A stretch of DNA of 64,000 bases, from NCBI RefSeq assembly GCF_006345805.1, contig NC_043020.1, forward strand, positions 2,914,001-2,978,000, read 5' to 3'. The number at the start of each line of letters is the position of its first letter. Positions within the stretch are counted from its first letter, which is position 1. Below, piece by piece: positions 1-12,752 of the stretch. Both the position numbers and the translations under genes were made by a program. Below the pieces are notes generated by a model, which was not told the origin of the DNA, did not search any database, and worked only from the letters and a program-made list of their open reading frames with translations. The stretch comes from Octopus sinensis (taxonomy: Eukaryota).

Positions 1-42
1 AACAAACAACCCCCACTCTCACAGGTGTACAATTAATAATAT

Positions 43-207
43 ACCTTTACATGCCCACAAGATGATTTATATAAACAATCAGATGTAGTAGCTATGGGTT
101 TCCCCTTGGGACCTATGTTTGCAGCATTCTGCTTATCCACAACAAAGAACAGAATAACATCAAAATATAGACACATAAGATACAGCAGATTTGTAGATTG
201 TATAGAC
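43..207 (+). mobile_element. Penelope-like element reverse transcriptase fragment (degenerate)
   Basis: Translates as TFTCPQDDLYKQSDVVAMGFPLGPMFA...YSRFVDC, matching the PLE RT motifs YxQxxGxAMGSPLxP and YxRYVDD. Confidence 0.8.
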
Positions 208-743
208 TAGCGGTTAAGGGGGTGAGCTGCCAGAATCATTAGCATGCCAGGCAAAGTGCTTAGTGGCATTTCGTCCATCTTTATGTTCTGAGAACATAAA
301 GATGGAGAACTGCTTGAATGATTAATTGAGTAAATGGTTTGTGTAAAAGTTAGATTTGTTTTTGTTTTTTTTAGACAATATTCTGTGTATAGGGAAAGGT
401 AACCTTGTGGACAGAATGACGGGGTCAGCTGGATCAACTTATAATCTGTAAGGACAGGTGGAGCTGTGTGCCATTAAGAAGTTTGATCTCATGAAATGGC
501 ATCGTGGACATATGTCTTTTACCGTAGCCCTAGACTGATCAAAGCCTTATAAGTGAAGTTAGTAGGTGGAAACTGAAAGAAGCCTGTTGTACATACACAC
601 ATATAAATATGCTTATACATCTCTCTCTCTCTCTCGATATATATATATATATATAAAGAAAACAGAAAATGGAGAAATATTGATGAATAACAATTGACTT
701 ACATCAATTATTATTTCCTACTCCAATGCAAACAGACTGCATC

Positions 744-858
744 CCATCTAACAGCTGTTTCTGCCTCCAGTGTTACATGGTTTTGCCATTGATAAGTTAA
801 AAAATATTTATATTTGGTAGTAAAACTGATCTGAAACACGGAGCTTCATCAGAGTGAA
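744..858 (-). ncRNA. Penelope-type type I hammerhead-like motif with long stem II loop
   Basis: Minus strand reads CTGATGA (852-846), then stem CTCCGTGTT/AACACTGGAG, then GAAAC with palindromic ACAGCTGT and a GUU triplet. Stem I is weak. Confidence 0.55.
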
Positions 859-3800
859 GAATAAATAAAAAAAAAAAAAGAAGAGCCTAGAAAAGAAAAG
901 GGACAAGTTGAAAATGGTTTTAATCATACCATTTTGCTTGTGTATTGCTTTGGGTCGTTAAGTAAACGAGTCATTTACTTTTATCCCTTAAACTGTTATT
1001 TTAACCTCTAACTCAGCTAACCTTTCATATATATACATATATGTGTGTGTGTGTGTATATATATATGAGGGCATCCAGCTGTAGAAACTCTGCCAGATCA
1101 AGATTGGGGCGGTGCAGCCATCTGGTTTGCCAGCCCTCAGTCAGAATTGTCCAAGCTATGCTAGCATGGAAAGCTGATGTTAAACGATGATGATGATGAT
1201 GATGATGATGATGATATATATGTATGTACAACTGTGAGTGTATGTTTGTGTCTCCTTGACATCACATACTTGTTGCATATGAATGTCATTTAGTTCCAAT
1301 ATTCTGCGAAAACATCTGACTCTGGGGAAAGATTACCTCGCTTGGAAGCAGGTAAGGGTTGGTGAGAGGAAGGCCTCCAATGATATTCTGTAATTAAGCA
1401 TAACATTGGAACCAAACACTGTCAACAATTTCAGTGGATTTGGTAAATAAAGTCAACTGACTTTAAACACGCGGTGCCCTTCCATTCGCCAATCTATTTT
1501 ATCTGTTATTGTCCATAAATGTTGGACCGGCTGAACTGAAGGGGTCAGCCCTTTTGGGGTTTGCTTTTGGAATGGTTCTTATCAATGCCTTTAATCAAAG
1601 ATGCAACTGATCGAGATTGATCCAAGACTTTTCACAACAACAGTCATAGTTACCATCTCAATACCACTACCATCAGCATCATCGTCTTTCCAACTCCTCT
1701 ACCACTTCAAATACTGCTACTACAACTGCTATTTCAAACTCATCATTATTTTTCTGGCCACACTAACACTGCCACCATCAACAACCGTCTCTCACCACTA
1801 CCAATACCACCAATGTAATTAACACACATATCTACACAATGATCACCACCGAAAACAACAGCACTACAACCACAGCCACCACCTTCAGTCGTAACTACCA
1901 CTGACACCACTATCACCAATACATCACCACCACCACCACCACAACTGATATTATCGCCACCACCACCACTGTCGCCCCCCCCCCGCCCCCATTATCACCT
2001 TCTCTCAACCATTACTGACATACAACCACTCTATTATATTTGATATTAGATTCTTTCTTCTTCAGACCAACATATTTTAACCTAATCACTTGACATTTTC
2101 TGAAATATGAGTCAGTTGATATAATCCAAACATATATAATTCCGGCTACCCCCCCCACCACCACCACCACCACCACCCCGTTCCCACCTCTGCCAGATGT
2201 ACATTTACTGATGACTTTATTGGATGAAGAGATGTAGAAGAAGAAGAAGATGGTGGAAGCAGGAATGTACGAGGAGGTCTTGGATACTAGTGAAAAAGCA
2301 AAAAAAAAAAAAATTGAAAGAAAAAATATAAAAAAAAGGGAAGTAAAGGACCACCCTTCCTCTCCCTGAAGAAAAGCGTACACCCTGGCATAACTTATAA
2401 AACAAGATCTCCCACGTTGTTTTTTTTCTTCAAATTGTGATGGTGGTGGTGGTGATGATGACATATTGAAGCAGTGAAAGTTCTTGAAGATTCTCCATGA
2501 TCTACAATATTCCTTAATGTTTTGCTTCATTAAAATTGTCCAAAGGTCCTTAATCATTGCCTGGCACTGAATCTTTGAGTCACCCCATTCTCATCTCTGT
2601 ATCTTTTTTCTTTTTTGTGTGTTTTTAATATTTTTATCATTGCTTAGTCAGGAAGGAGAAGGCAACCCCTATAACCCTTAATTTATTCAGGGCCCCTGTG
2701 ACTAGTGGTAAGGAGTGAAGAAATTATCTTCAAACTGGAAACCAGGCCCTATCATCAAAGGTATTCCAGGCATAGCAGTCCCTTCTTCCTTCCAGATATC
2801 CAGGACTCACTAACCAATGTGACCATTTATTTTTAAGTTGATGGGGCGTTGGTTGAAGGAGGCCTCTAACCTTGGAGGATACAATCTGATCTCGTTAAGG
2901 ATGAAGCCAAGGTAAACCTAGAGCACTCTGTAAAATAATTGGTGAACAAGATGATGTAGGTTGGACAAGACCCTCCAGTCTGGCCAAGAACATGACAACC
3001 TCTCTAGTGCAAGTCCTATGATAAATTTGCACTCAGTACACTCTATAAAGTTTAAGGAAGGCATCTAACCATAGAAACGATGCCAAAAAGGAAATATACT
3101 TGTCTCAGAGCACAATAACTCCGAATGGAAACTTGGATCATAATGCTGTTGCTGAGAAGGCGATTTGGTTGTTATTTCTAGCAGATCAAATGACCAGATA
3201 GAGACTCACCCTCTCCTCTACTCTGTTGTTGGCCAAAAAGTGTTTGGAGGAGTGGAAGAGAAAAACGAGATTTTTTAGGCTATATTGAGTTTCATATCCT
3301 GATGAAACTCAACATCAGATCCTGTTTCAGTATTGTTGTTTACATGGTAACAACATTGAGTTGTGGGTTAGATGATGCACATGATAATGATGATGATGAT
3401 GATGATGCTATTACTGTTGTTTAACCCTTGGTAAACCTTAATCAAGCAGTTGTATGCATTTGAGACCATGTCTTTTTTTTTCTTTGTATTTAGTGCTACA
3501 GATTATGTTTTTAACTTTTTAAAGATAGTATGGTGTGATTTGAGGAAGATTTGGTCACTATTTCTAGCAGGTTGAACAACCATATAGATGTTCACTAACT
3601 GGCTGGCTGGCTGGTGGTGGTGGTAGTAATAGTAGTAGTAGTAGTTGGAAAATGTCACAGCTGATGCTGCTGACGATAAAGGTAGTGGTGATGTTGGTGA
3701 TGATGATAATGATTATGATATTGACAATGATGGTGGTGGTAGTGATGGTGATGATAAACGAGGCAATGACAGTTGAGTTAAAATGATAACGATGATGACA

Positions 3801-4103
3801 ATGGTTATAACAGCACTGAGGATGATGATGATGACGACTACCACAATGCGTCAGCCACCCTGCCAACACTATGACCTCATCAGGACAACCAGGCTCCAGA
3901 ATGAATCCACCCGGCGAAAATAACCAATCACCATCCTTTGATTATTTGGCCCCCCTCCCCCGCACCTCCTTCTATAATCCTTAGAATTCTCAAGCAGGAA
4001 ATAGAAGGAGTTGAATTAAAGCAATAAATGAATACGCAGCAGAAAAACAGAAAAATTATGCCAAGATTGGAGTTGGAAATGAATTCTTTCATTCTGTACT
4101 TAC

Positions 4104-4176
4104 CATTCTGGGAGTGTTGACTGTTGGATGTATTTAAGAGCTTCTGAGAGGTCAGCCTCCGAAAGTGGTTTACATC
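4104..4176 (-). CDS. Candidate further exon (possibly RAD52 3' exon)
   Basis: Acceptor ttattccatacag and donor ATG|gtaagt around 73 nt of unique sequence. Open in phase 1 (GCKPLSEADLSEALKYIQQSTLPE) and in phase 0. No recognisable homology. Confidence 0.45.
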
Positions 4177-4941
4177 CTGTATGGAATAAATTTATGGAAT
4201 TCATACACTACTCACCTCCCCCACATTTCTATCCAGTTTTCTCCCCCATCCCCTTCTGCTTGCGAATAACATTTTGGACAAGGTTTCTAAGAGACTGAAA
4301 ACCCATCAACAGAAAAGAAACCAGAGGAGTAAATAAAAAGAAACAGAAAATAAAAAGAGAGATAAGAAAGGAAAAAAAGGGGACGTGGGGTGATGGGCTA
4401 CACACCCCAAAGCAAATTGTGAGCCCAGCCACGCTCCACAGTGATGACCATGATGGCGTTGCTGTAGAGAATGGCCAGTGACACTTGCTGCAACAGTCAC
4501 TCCACCCCATGGGGCTTATTTCTCCAACAGGTCACTGCTATCCCTATTTTGAAGAGGAAATTGGTAGCACGGGGGTCCTAGGACACTGTCTTGACAGTGA
4601 CTGGCACAAACTGGTAGCAACCGGCCAAGCCCCTGTATTTGTTGACTTTTCTCTCCTCTGCATTACGGTCAGTGACATGCAGGTTTGTAGCCAGAGAATG
4701 CGTCGCTGCACATCACGTGTCCCAGACGAGAGATCTGCCTCCATTGAATGGGAAGAGTGTCATTCTGTTGGGACACTTGAATGTTACTGGTAACCTGTAA
4801 CCCAGTACAACTGGGTTACGTGGGTTGGTTTTCGGCGATTAAACTGGCAGCCCCACCAAGCTTGCTTGGTGATGGGGGTGATTCTTGGACACTCAACAGG
4901 GCGAAAAATAAGACGGAAACTGAAGGAAGCTCGTATGTGTA

Positions 4942-4976
<35 letters not shown>

Positions 4977-7900
4977 TATATATATTATATATATATATAT
5001 CTGTGTGTGTGTATGTTTGTGCGTCTGTGTTTGTCCCCCTCAACATCACTTGACAACCAATGCTGGTGTGTTTACGTCCCCATAACTTAGCAGTTCTACA
5101 AAAGAGACCGATAGAATAAGTACTAGGCTTACAAAGAATAAGTCCTGGGGTTGATTTGTTTGACTAAAGGCGGTGCTCCAGCATAGCCACAGTCAAATGA
5201 CTGAAACAAGTAAAAGAGCCAAAGAGTAAGGACTGACAGCTCCCACTTGATCCTTTGGGTGTATAAGATCAATGAATAAAAAATACTGCTTCAAATCTGA
5301 CACGATATATCAGAGTTGATCAAGTAACGACATTAAAACAGTGGGGGGGAGAGACAAATAGCATGTGAGAACGGGGGGGGGGTATCGCATAAAATAATTT
5401 GTGATCCATGAAGTAACCTGAATGTCTGTCACATAAGATATGCTGTAAACCAGGTAACATAGTCTGAGAGTCACATAAAATAGAGTCGGTGGGTGGGGCA
5501 CACGAAATGATTTGTGGATCATAAAAAATAGTTTTGTGTCCCACTTAAAACAGCGAGTAATGTCAATTAGTCTGTAAAGCAGATAAAATAGTCTATATAT
5601 TTACATATATTACATAATGTCTCTCTCTCTCTCACTTGCTATATATATATATATACACACACAAACATACATATATATATACACATATATACATTCATAC
5701 ATACATATGATACATATGTACACATACATACACAGATTATTAAAATGTCTTTAAAAATCAATTTTTAATTTACAATTTTTAAAATAATTTAAATTCAAAT
5801 GTTATCAGGGATGATAACACAACTTAAGATTTCATTGAAAAGTGTACTTATTTAAAGTAGTTAAGAAATTTCAACATGAATTTGGTCTTCATAAATAAAA
5901 AATTTCCTTTTGGTTTTTCTGTCAGAGAAATTTTGGATTTTTTAAAATAAAGTTTGAAGTATTTTTCTCTTTCCTGGTATTTGCATAGAATTTCTTTTAA
6001 GCTTCGTTTTTCTCTCTATTTTTCAATAATGATATTATGGAATCATATTGTTAAAATTGTGCATCTTGTTCTTATTGAAGAAGTCCGTTGCCATTGTCTT
6101 GTGCTGGTGTTGTTATCACAATGTCGAAATGAATTCTAATTGATTGGTAATTAGGAAGCGGTTGCAGTTGGTTTCTACTTCTTCCATCTCAAGTGAGATT
6201 GATACAAGATGCGACATCAAAAGAATTTATTTTTGACAGCATAAAAGTCTTGTAAACTTTTGAGAGAATGTGAAATAATCCTTTTTTGGAACAGTAAATC
6301 TTGAAACACATAAAGCTATAAATAATAGCATGTAAATATTGACTTGAAGAAACCCATATGGATATCAAAGGTCAAAGACTGCTTGCGAGCCAAAAAAAAA
6401 GTGAGTTTGAGTCCCATGGGCAGCCTTGGACTTTTTCTATGCCAAAGGGATTTTCCAGCCCAATTATTTTAATTGCTATTATTTATAGATTTATGTGATT
6501 CGTATGAATTTCTATCACATGTGATGTTTCAAACAAACTCTGATTGGTTGGTGTTTCTACTAAATGGTGCCTAATATGAACTGCGATTGGCTGTTCCGAT
6601 TGTCATTGAAGGGAACTGTAAATAACTGATGTCTGTATAAGGTCAATGTGTTACCAAGAAGGAAATGGGGTTTATTCTGTTGGAGCCACAAATTATTCTT
6701 CTCTTATATATCAAGACGTTGCTTTTTTATTCGAAATTCATCTGTACAAAAATATAAAATGAAAATATAAAAATTAGTTAAAAAAAAAAACACATAGCCC
6801 TACCCATTAATTATATTAGATAATTGGGAGAGAAATCTGACTTAAAATAACCAAAAATGTTGACAAATGAATGTTGTTCTCTTTATATGGTGGTTGGAAA
6901 GAAGAATCAATAAAGAATCAGATCTAATGTTTTGTATTTGGTTACGTCTTTTTACTTTCTTAAACTGTATGCACTGATTATTAATTTTCTCAGTTCTCTT
7001 TCAGACACACAGACAGCACCCAGAGGGCGATTCCAGTCTGATACAGAAAACAAAAAGGCATGCTGTGTCTGAAACTCTTGCTGATAACCTCAGCTTCTTG
7101 AACCTGGCTAAGTCCTTTGCATTCAAGGTGAAGAAAAAAATTGGAGGCCACCGACAGGGAAATATCTTCCATAACCAAGAGAGAAAGAAACATCCTCCAC
7201 GATGGGACATCATCAGGATTACTGAGTTAGTTTGTCTGTCAAGTCCAGGACAGCACCAATGTCAACCTGAGTAGCTTGATGAGGGCAACCACTCAGGGTC
7301 ACAGTGTTCTCAATCAGATGAGGAGTGTGAGGACATAATTGCAATTGTAAATGAAAAATCCAATGTAGCAGATTCTTGGCTTTTATTAGAGAGCAATTAA
7401 AAATTAAAATATTGTTATTTAGTAATTGTAGAATTATTGATGAAAATAGAATTGGAACTTCTTAGTCTCAACAGTTCCTAAGGTAAGAGAATGGACACTG
7501 AATTATCCAACCTATTAAACCAACAGAGAAGGACAAAAACAGTGGCACCTAATGTTTTGCTGGTTGGATAGACATAGAGCGAGATTTTATGTAAGTGATA
7601 CACATTAATATTGTGTAGAATAGACTGTGGGTCATATGAATAGTGTGTGTGTGTGTGTGTGTGTCTGAGAGAGAGGAAGAAAGAGAGAGACAGAGGGGAA
7701 GAAAGAGAGAGAGAGTCGGTTGTGGTAGTAATGAAAAGATGATTGGTGATGTTTGAGAGATAGTAACAGTAGTGGTGGTGGTAGTAGTGATAATGGTAGT
7801 GACAGTAGTAGTAGTAGTAAAAATATTGTTTCAAATTATAGCACTAGGCCAGCAATTTTTAAGTGGAAGAGAGTCAATAACATTGATACTAATGCTCAAC

Positions 7901-8413
7901 TGGTACTTACTTATGTCATTGACCCTCAGAAAGATGAAAGGCAAAAATCGATCTTGGTGGAATTTGAACTCAGAACATAAAGAGCTGGAAGAAATGCCAC
8001 TAAGCATTTTGCCTAATGCACTAACGACTCTGCTGACTCACTGCCCTTGTAGTAGTAGTAGTAGTAGTAGTAGCAGCAGCAGTAGTAGTAGTAGTATTAG
8101 TATTAGTATTAGTAGTAGTAGTAGCAGCAGCAGTAATCAAGGCAGCGAGCTAGCAGAACCATTAGCACACCAGCCAAAATGCTTAGCGGCATTTCATCCA
8201 TCTTTACGTTCTGAGTTCAGATTCTGCTGAGATTAACTTTGCCTTTCATCCGTTCAGGTTCAATATTATAAGTACCAGTTGAGCACTGGGGTTGATTTCA
8301 TTGGCTTTCTCTCTCGCCCGAAATTGCTGGCCTTGTGCCAAAATTTGAAACCAATATCACTAATGATCTGTGACTGAAAGATCTGCAACAATACAAAACC
8401 ACAACAGGCTCAC

Positions 8414-8665
8414 CTCTCGTATCTTTGATCAGCTGCAGTACTTTCTCACAACCTCTTTGGTTGCGTGGGGACAGTCTAGAGATTGCTGATACACAGGACA
8501 GGCCATCATTCAAGGTTTGGACAGCAGATGGCAGTTTCTGAGAGTTTGGTGACGATTTCAGCACCATTTCAGTCAAGGCTGTTGTCACCTTGTTTGATGA
8601 TAACAAGGCAGTTTCTAAGTTGACAATCTCAGCATCAAGGGACTGGTTCCATACATCTTGGTCAT
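8414..8665 (-). CDS. RAD52: RAD52 exon (DDQDVWNQSLDAE...LIKDTR)
   Basis: Acceptor tttattcttttag, donor GAG|gtgagc. 252 nt, phase 1 to 1, open frame with an acidic DDxxxW motif. Confidence 0.78.
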
Positions 8666-10660
8666 CTAAAAGAATAAAAACAAAGAAAAATCAAACTTTC
8701 GTGTAAAAGTACCCCTAAATGACTGGAGTACCTTAAAGGGAATACCCATCCATCAATGAACCTGGATCAGTAATTGCATCTTTTATCTTTTACATGTTTA
8801 AGTCATTGGAGTGCAGCCATGCTGGGCACCACATTCAAGGGTTTGGGGCAGACAGATTGACCCCAGTATTATTTTTTTTAAAGTCCAGCACATATTTTAT
8901 TGGTCCTTTTGCTGAAACACTAAGTTATGGGGACATAAACAAACCAACACTGGTTGTCAAGCAATAGGGCAAGGGCAAACACAGACACACACACATGATG
9001 GGCTTCTTTCAATTTCTATCTCTCAAGTCCACTCACAAAGCTTTGGTTGGCCCGGGGTTATAGTGGGACTTGAACCTGGAACCTTGTGGTTTGGAAGCAA
9101 GCTTCTTACCACACAGCTACACCTGTGGACAAGAGAACAGGAGCAGTTGTTAGATGCCACATTTTTGAGGCCTCTATTTCAAGTTCCTTGTATTTACTTA
9201 ACTTTTCGGGTGATTTTACAGGAGTGTTGCAGTGAGCAAACAGGTTTTGTCAATGTGGTTTTTTTAACCCCAGTCCCTGGTCTGTTGGCCTCAACAGCTC
9301 ACTCAGTTTAAATACTAAAGTCCCAAACAACAGTGACATCTTTATTTTCTACTACTTTGACAGGCGTGTATTCCCACCAGTTCTTTTCAGATGGGGTTCA
9401 GACTTCTTGCACGTGACCCACTACTAATACTGACCAAGTCTATCATAACGATTCATTTATACTTTTGAAGAACTTAGATCATCCATTTGTTTTTCAGGAT
9501 GCATCACAAAAGTCACAAACAGGATCAGCACTAACAAGAAGGGCTTCAAGTTTTTCATGTTTTCCCCTCAAATTGGGTGGTGTTTGATTTAATAATGTTT
9601 GAAGGAAGAAAGCCACTTCTTTTTGGTGAGATTTTCCATTTTACTTGAGCCCCACACCTTATCAGAGGGATTGAGTAAAATTGGATTTTAAAGTTTGTTT
9701 TGCGAATTTGTCAGATTTCCTTTAAAAAACACAAAAAATAAAACAAAAATCCCTTTGAAGAAATAATATTCACCAAGGATCAATATAATACACGTAGAGT
9801 GAAAGAGTGTCTAGTTGAAACAAAGAGAGAGAGAAGCGGAGACGAATGTGTCAAGTGTCTGCTCAGCAAGGAACTGGCATTGTTTTTTATGACAACAATA
9901 GATAGTATCAGAGAGAAGAGAAAACACCGATTGTCATCTGATACTGAATACTGAAGGAAAAGTCAATAACATCAACAACAAGGAAGGAAAAAGTGGCCAG
10001 AGAAATGTTTCAGTCATTAGACTGCAGCTATGCTGGGGGCAGTGCCTTGAGAAATTCGACCATTTGGTTAATAGCTAAACGTGTTGATTTGCACCATTAA
10101 GAAGTTTATTCAACTTCAACAAAGATTTTCAAATTTGACATTTTCAGTGCAGTCAACCGGAACAGTAGCAGCGATACACCAGAGTCATGGGTGGATACCC
10201 TTCATATATATCATCATCATTGTTTAAATACCCACTTTTCCAAAATTGTATGGGAAAGACAGAACTCACTGGGTAAGATTTTCTATGGCTGGATGCTTTC
10301 CCTGTTGCCAACCTTCACTTATTTCCAAATAAGGTAATATTTACCCATGACCAGACATATTTTCCATGGAAGACTGGGAATGAAGGACACTGCTTACATG
10401 ACAGTGTCAATCGCAACTATCATGCAAAGAGACAACACACACGACAGGCTTCTTTCAGTTTCCGTCTCCCAAATCCACTCAAAAGATTTTAGTTTGCTCC
10501 TGGCTAGAGAGCAGACACTTGGGCAAAGTGATGTGCAGTGAGACTGAACCCAAAACCATTTAGTTGGGAAGCAAACTTCTTACCACACAGTCACTGTTAC
10601 TTCATCTCTGATTGTTGTCAACAAATAAAAGAAATCATAACTTCTCTAAGAAATATTTAC

Positions 10661-10768
10661 CAAAGAGATCTTCTGGCAAAAGACTGCGGTCATCTGAGCA
10701 AGAAGATACGCTACGTGTACTTTCATTTGCTTTATCACAGATGGATTTATTCTTTGGATTATTGGAAT
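10661..10768 (-). CDS. RAD52: RAD52 exon (DSNNPKNK...SLLPEDLF)
   Basis: Acceptor atttcttcttcag, donor TTG|gtaaat. 108 nt, phase 1 to 1, open frame. Confidence 0.78.
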
Positions 10769-10924
10769 CTGAAGAAGAAATATTGAGCCATTTGTTTGTT
10801 TTGTTTTTTAAGAAAATGCAAGAACTGCTCCTCAAAGTTTTTAAAATACTGCCCCATTTATTTTAGTAACAATTCTTCAATGCCCTGTCCCTTGTTATGG
10901 TTCAAAGTGCTTCTCCATTTTTAA

Positions 10925-11142
10925 CCATTTTACATTCACATTACGGTAAACAAATGTAATTATTATTTATTCCCATTGTTTTGGATTAATCAGACATTAT
11001 CTCATGACTTTGAGATTTTGATGAAGTGTTTATTTTTAGAATGACATTGCAGTAAATGCATGAGAAGCCAGATCTGGTTGGTTTGAGCATAAAACAATGT
11101 AGAGCATTTGTGCTTGATATGGAGAGTTTAAATGCTGAAGGG
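10925..11142. mobile_element. Decayed piggyBac-type MITE
   Basis: ttaa-ccattttacatt ... aatgctgaaggg-tgaa; imperfect TIRs in a TTAA-like context. Confidence 0.45.
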
Positions 11143-11743
11143 TGAATGCACATGCATGTAACATCAGGCCAAAGGGATTTCGTTCTGGGAATTTGTTTGA
11201 TGTGCCTGAGTACTAATCTGAGTACAATGGATGTGGCTAACTACTTATCTGAGTACAATACTGCTCTAAGCTGATGCTTGATGCATCACCGCTTGGTCTT
11301 AGTTTTTTTATACAACCTTTAGCACATGGCTTCAACCAAACCCAGGTACCGATTCTCTGTGAAGACATGGAAAGTATTTGGTAACTGCTTATCTAAGAGT
11401 TTGAAGCTCACAAAGGAGATCAGGAATTAGTGCTACAAGTGGGGAGACACTGTGCTGGGGAAAACCTATCCAACCCATGCATGTAGGGAAAATGGGATAT
11501 AATGATGATGATGATAACACATATGAACATAAAAGGCAAGCATGTTCATAAAAACAGGTTTTGTTGTTTAAAAGAATCAGTTTTGATTCTGACTCTCCAT
11601 CTCCTCCTCCTCCCTGTCGCCATTGCCATTAGCATCAAAGTATCAAGAGTGCATTCTCTCATAGCTAATCCTCATTATTGCCATCATCATCATCTCCACC
11701 ACTGTCATCACCATCACCATCAAAAGCAAAAAAAAACACTTAC

Positions 11744-11883
11744 CACCACCACCAGTATTATTTGTTCCTTCAGTTTTCTGTTGGGCTTTGTTATTGTTGC
11801 GCATTCTTTGGAATTCTTCTTGTTTCTGTTTTTGTCTCAGAATTCGTTCCTGGCGCTTATCTTCAGTGAAGCATGGAGAGACC
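11744..11883 (-). CDS. RAD52: RAD52 exon (VSPCFTEDKRQERILRQKQKQEEFQRMR...TGGG)
   Basis: RxLRQKQxQxxF resembles the human RKLRQKQLQQQFRE RPA-binding region. Acceptor aacag, donor G|gtaagt. 140 nt, phase 2 to 1, after a 20-kb intron. Confidence 0.88.
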
Positions 11884-12710
11884 CTGTTTTTTAAGAACAC
11901 AAGAAATCAACATTAATATGCACATATGGTTGTGATGCATGTACCCGGTGTACCCTTTGTATATTTGTACCCCAGTGTCACTTTGATGGCATGTGCTGCT
12001 TTCTCACTCAGTAATAATAATAATGATAATAAAAATTCTTTCTGATTTAGGGACAAGGCCAGCAGTTTTAAGGGGAAGGGATTAGATGATACTGTCAACT
12101 CCTGTACATGACTGGTCTTAACACTTCTGACCTTGGAGTGATGAAAAATAAAGTTGACCATAGCAAAATTAGAACTCTTGATCTAGGGAACCAGAAGGAA
12201 CACTGCAGAGCATATTTTCTGACGTTCTAATCATTCTGCCAATCTATTATCCTCAACAATAATAACGGGTTTCTAATTAAGCTAGTGATTTTGAGGAGAT
12301 GCAGGAGATAAGTTGATGATAGGCATTGATCCCAAGATTTTACTGAAATGATGAAAGGCAAAGTTGTCCTAGGCAGAATTTGAACTCAGAATGTCAAGAG
12401 GAAAAAGAAATACCACCAAAGCATTTTGTCTAAAACCCTGTTCTGCCAGTCCACTGATAATAATAATAATAATAATAATAATACTGGTGGTGGTGGGAAA
12501 GGTAGTTACTGTCTGACATTAAATTCAAGCTGCAACCGTTGAAAAATATCCCACCCAAATGTGGAGAGATTATCATACTCATCTGCTTTAAATAAATAGA
12601 TTTAAAAAAAAACAGTCTAAGACCATTGCAAAATGATAAGAGGAGGGAGATAGACTGATAAAGTATAGTGTGTGAGTCTCTCAAGTGTATGCGTTTATGG
12701 GCAGATAAAG

Positions 12711-12752
<42 letters not shown>

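Noticed and set aside
2012-2557. 181-aa hydrophobic ORF
   Set aside because: Built from poly(T), (TTC)n and (GGT)n tracts; no domain signal.
4485-4900. GC-richer segment with a 102-aa ORF
   Set aside because: No recognisable domain or convincing splice pair; likely an unclassified repeat fragment.
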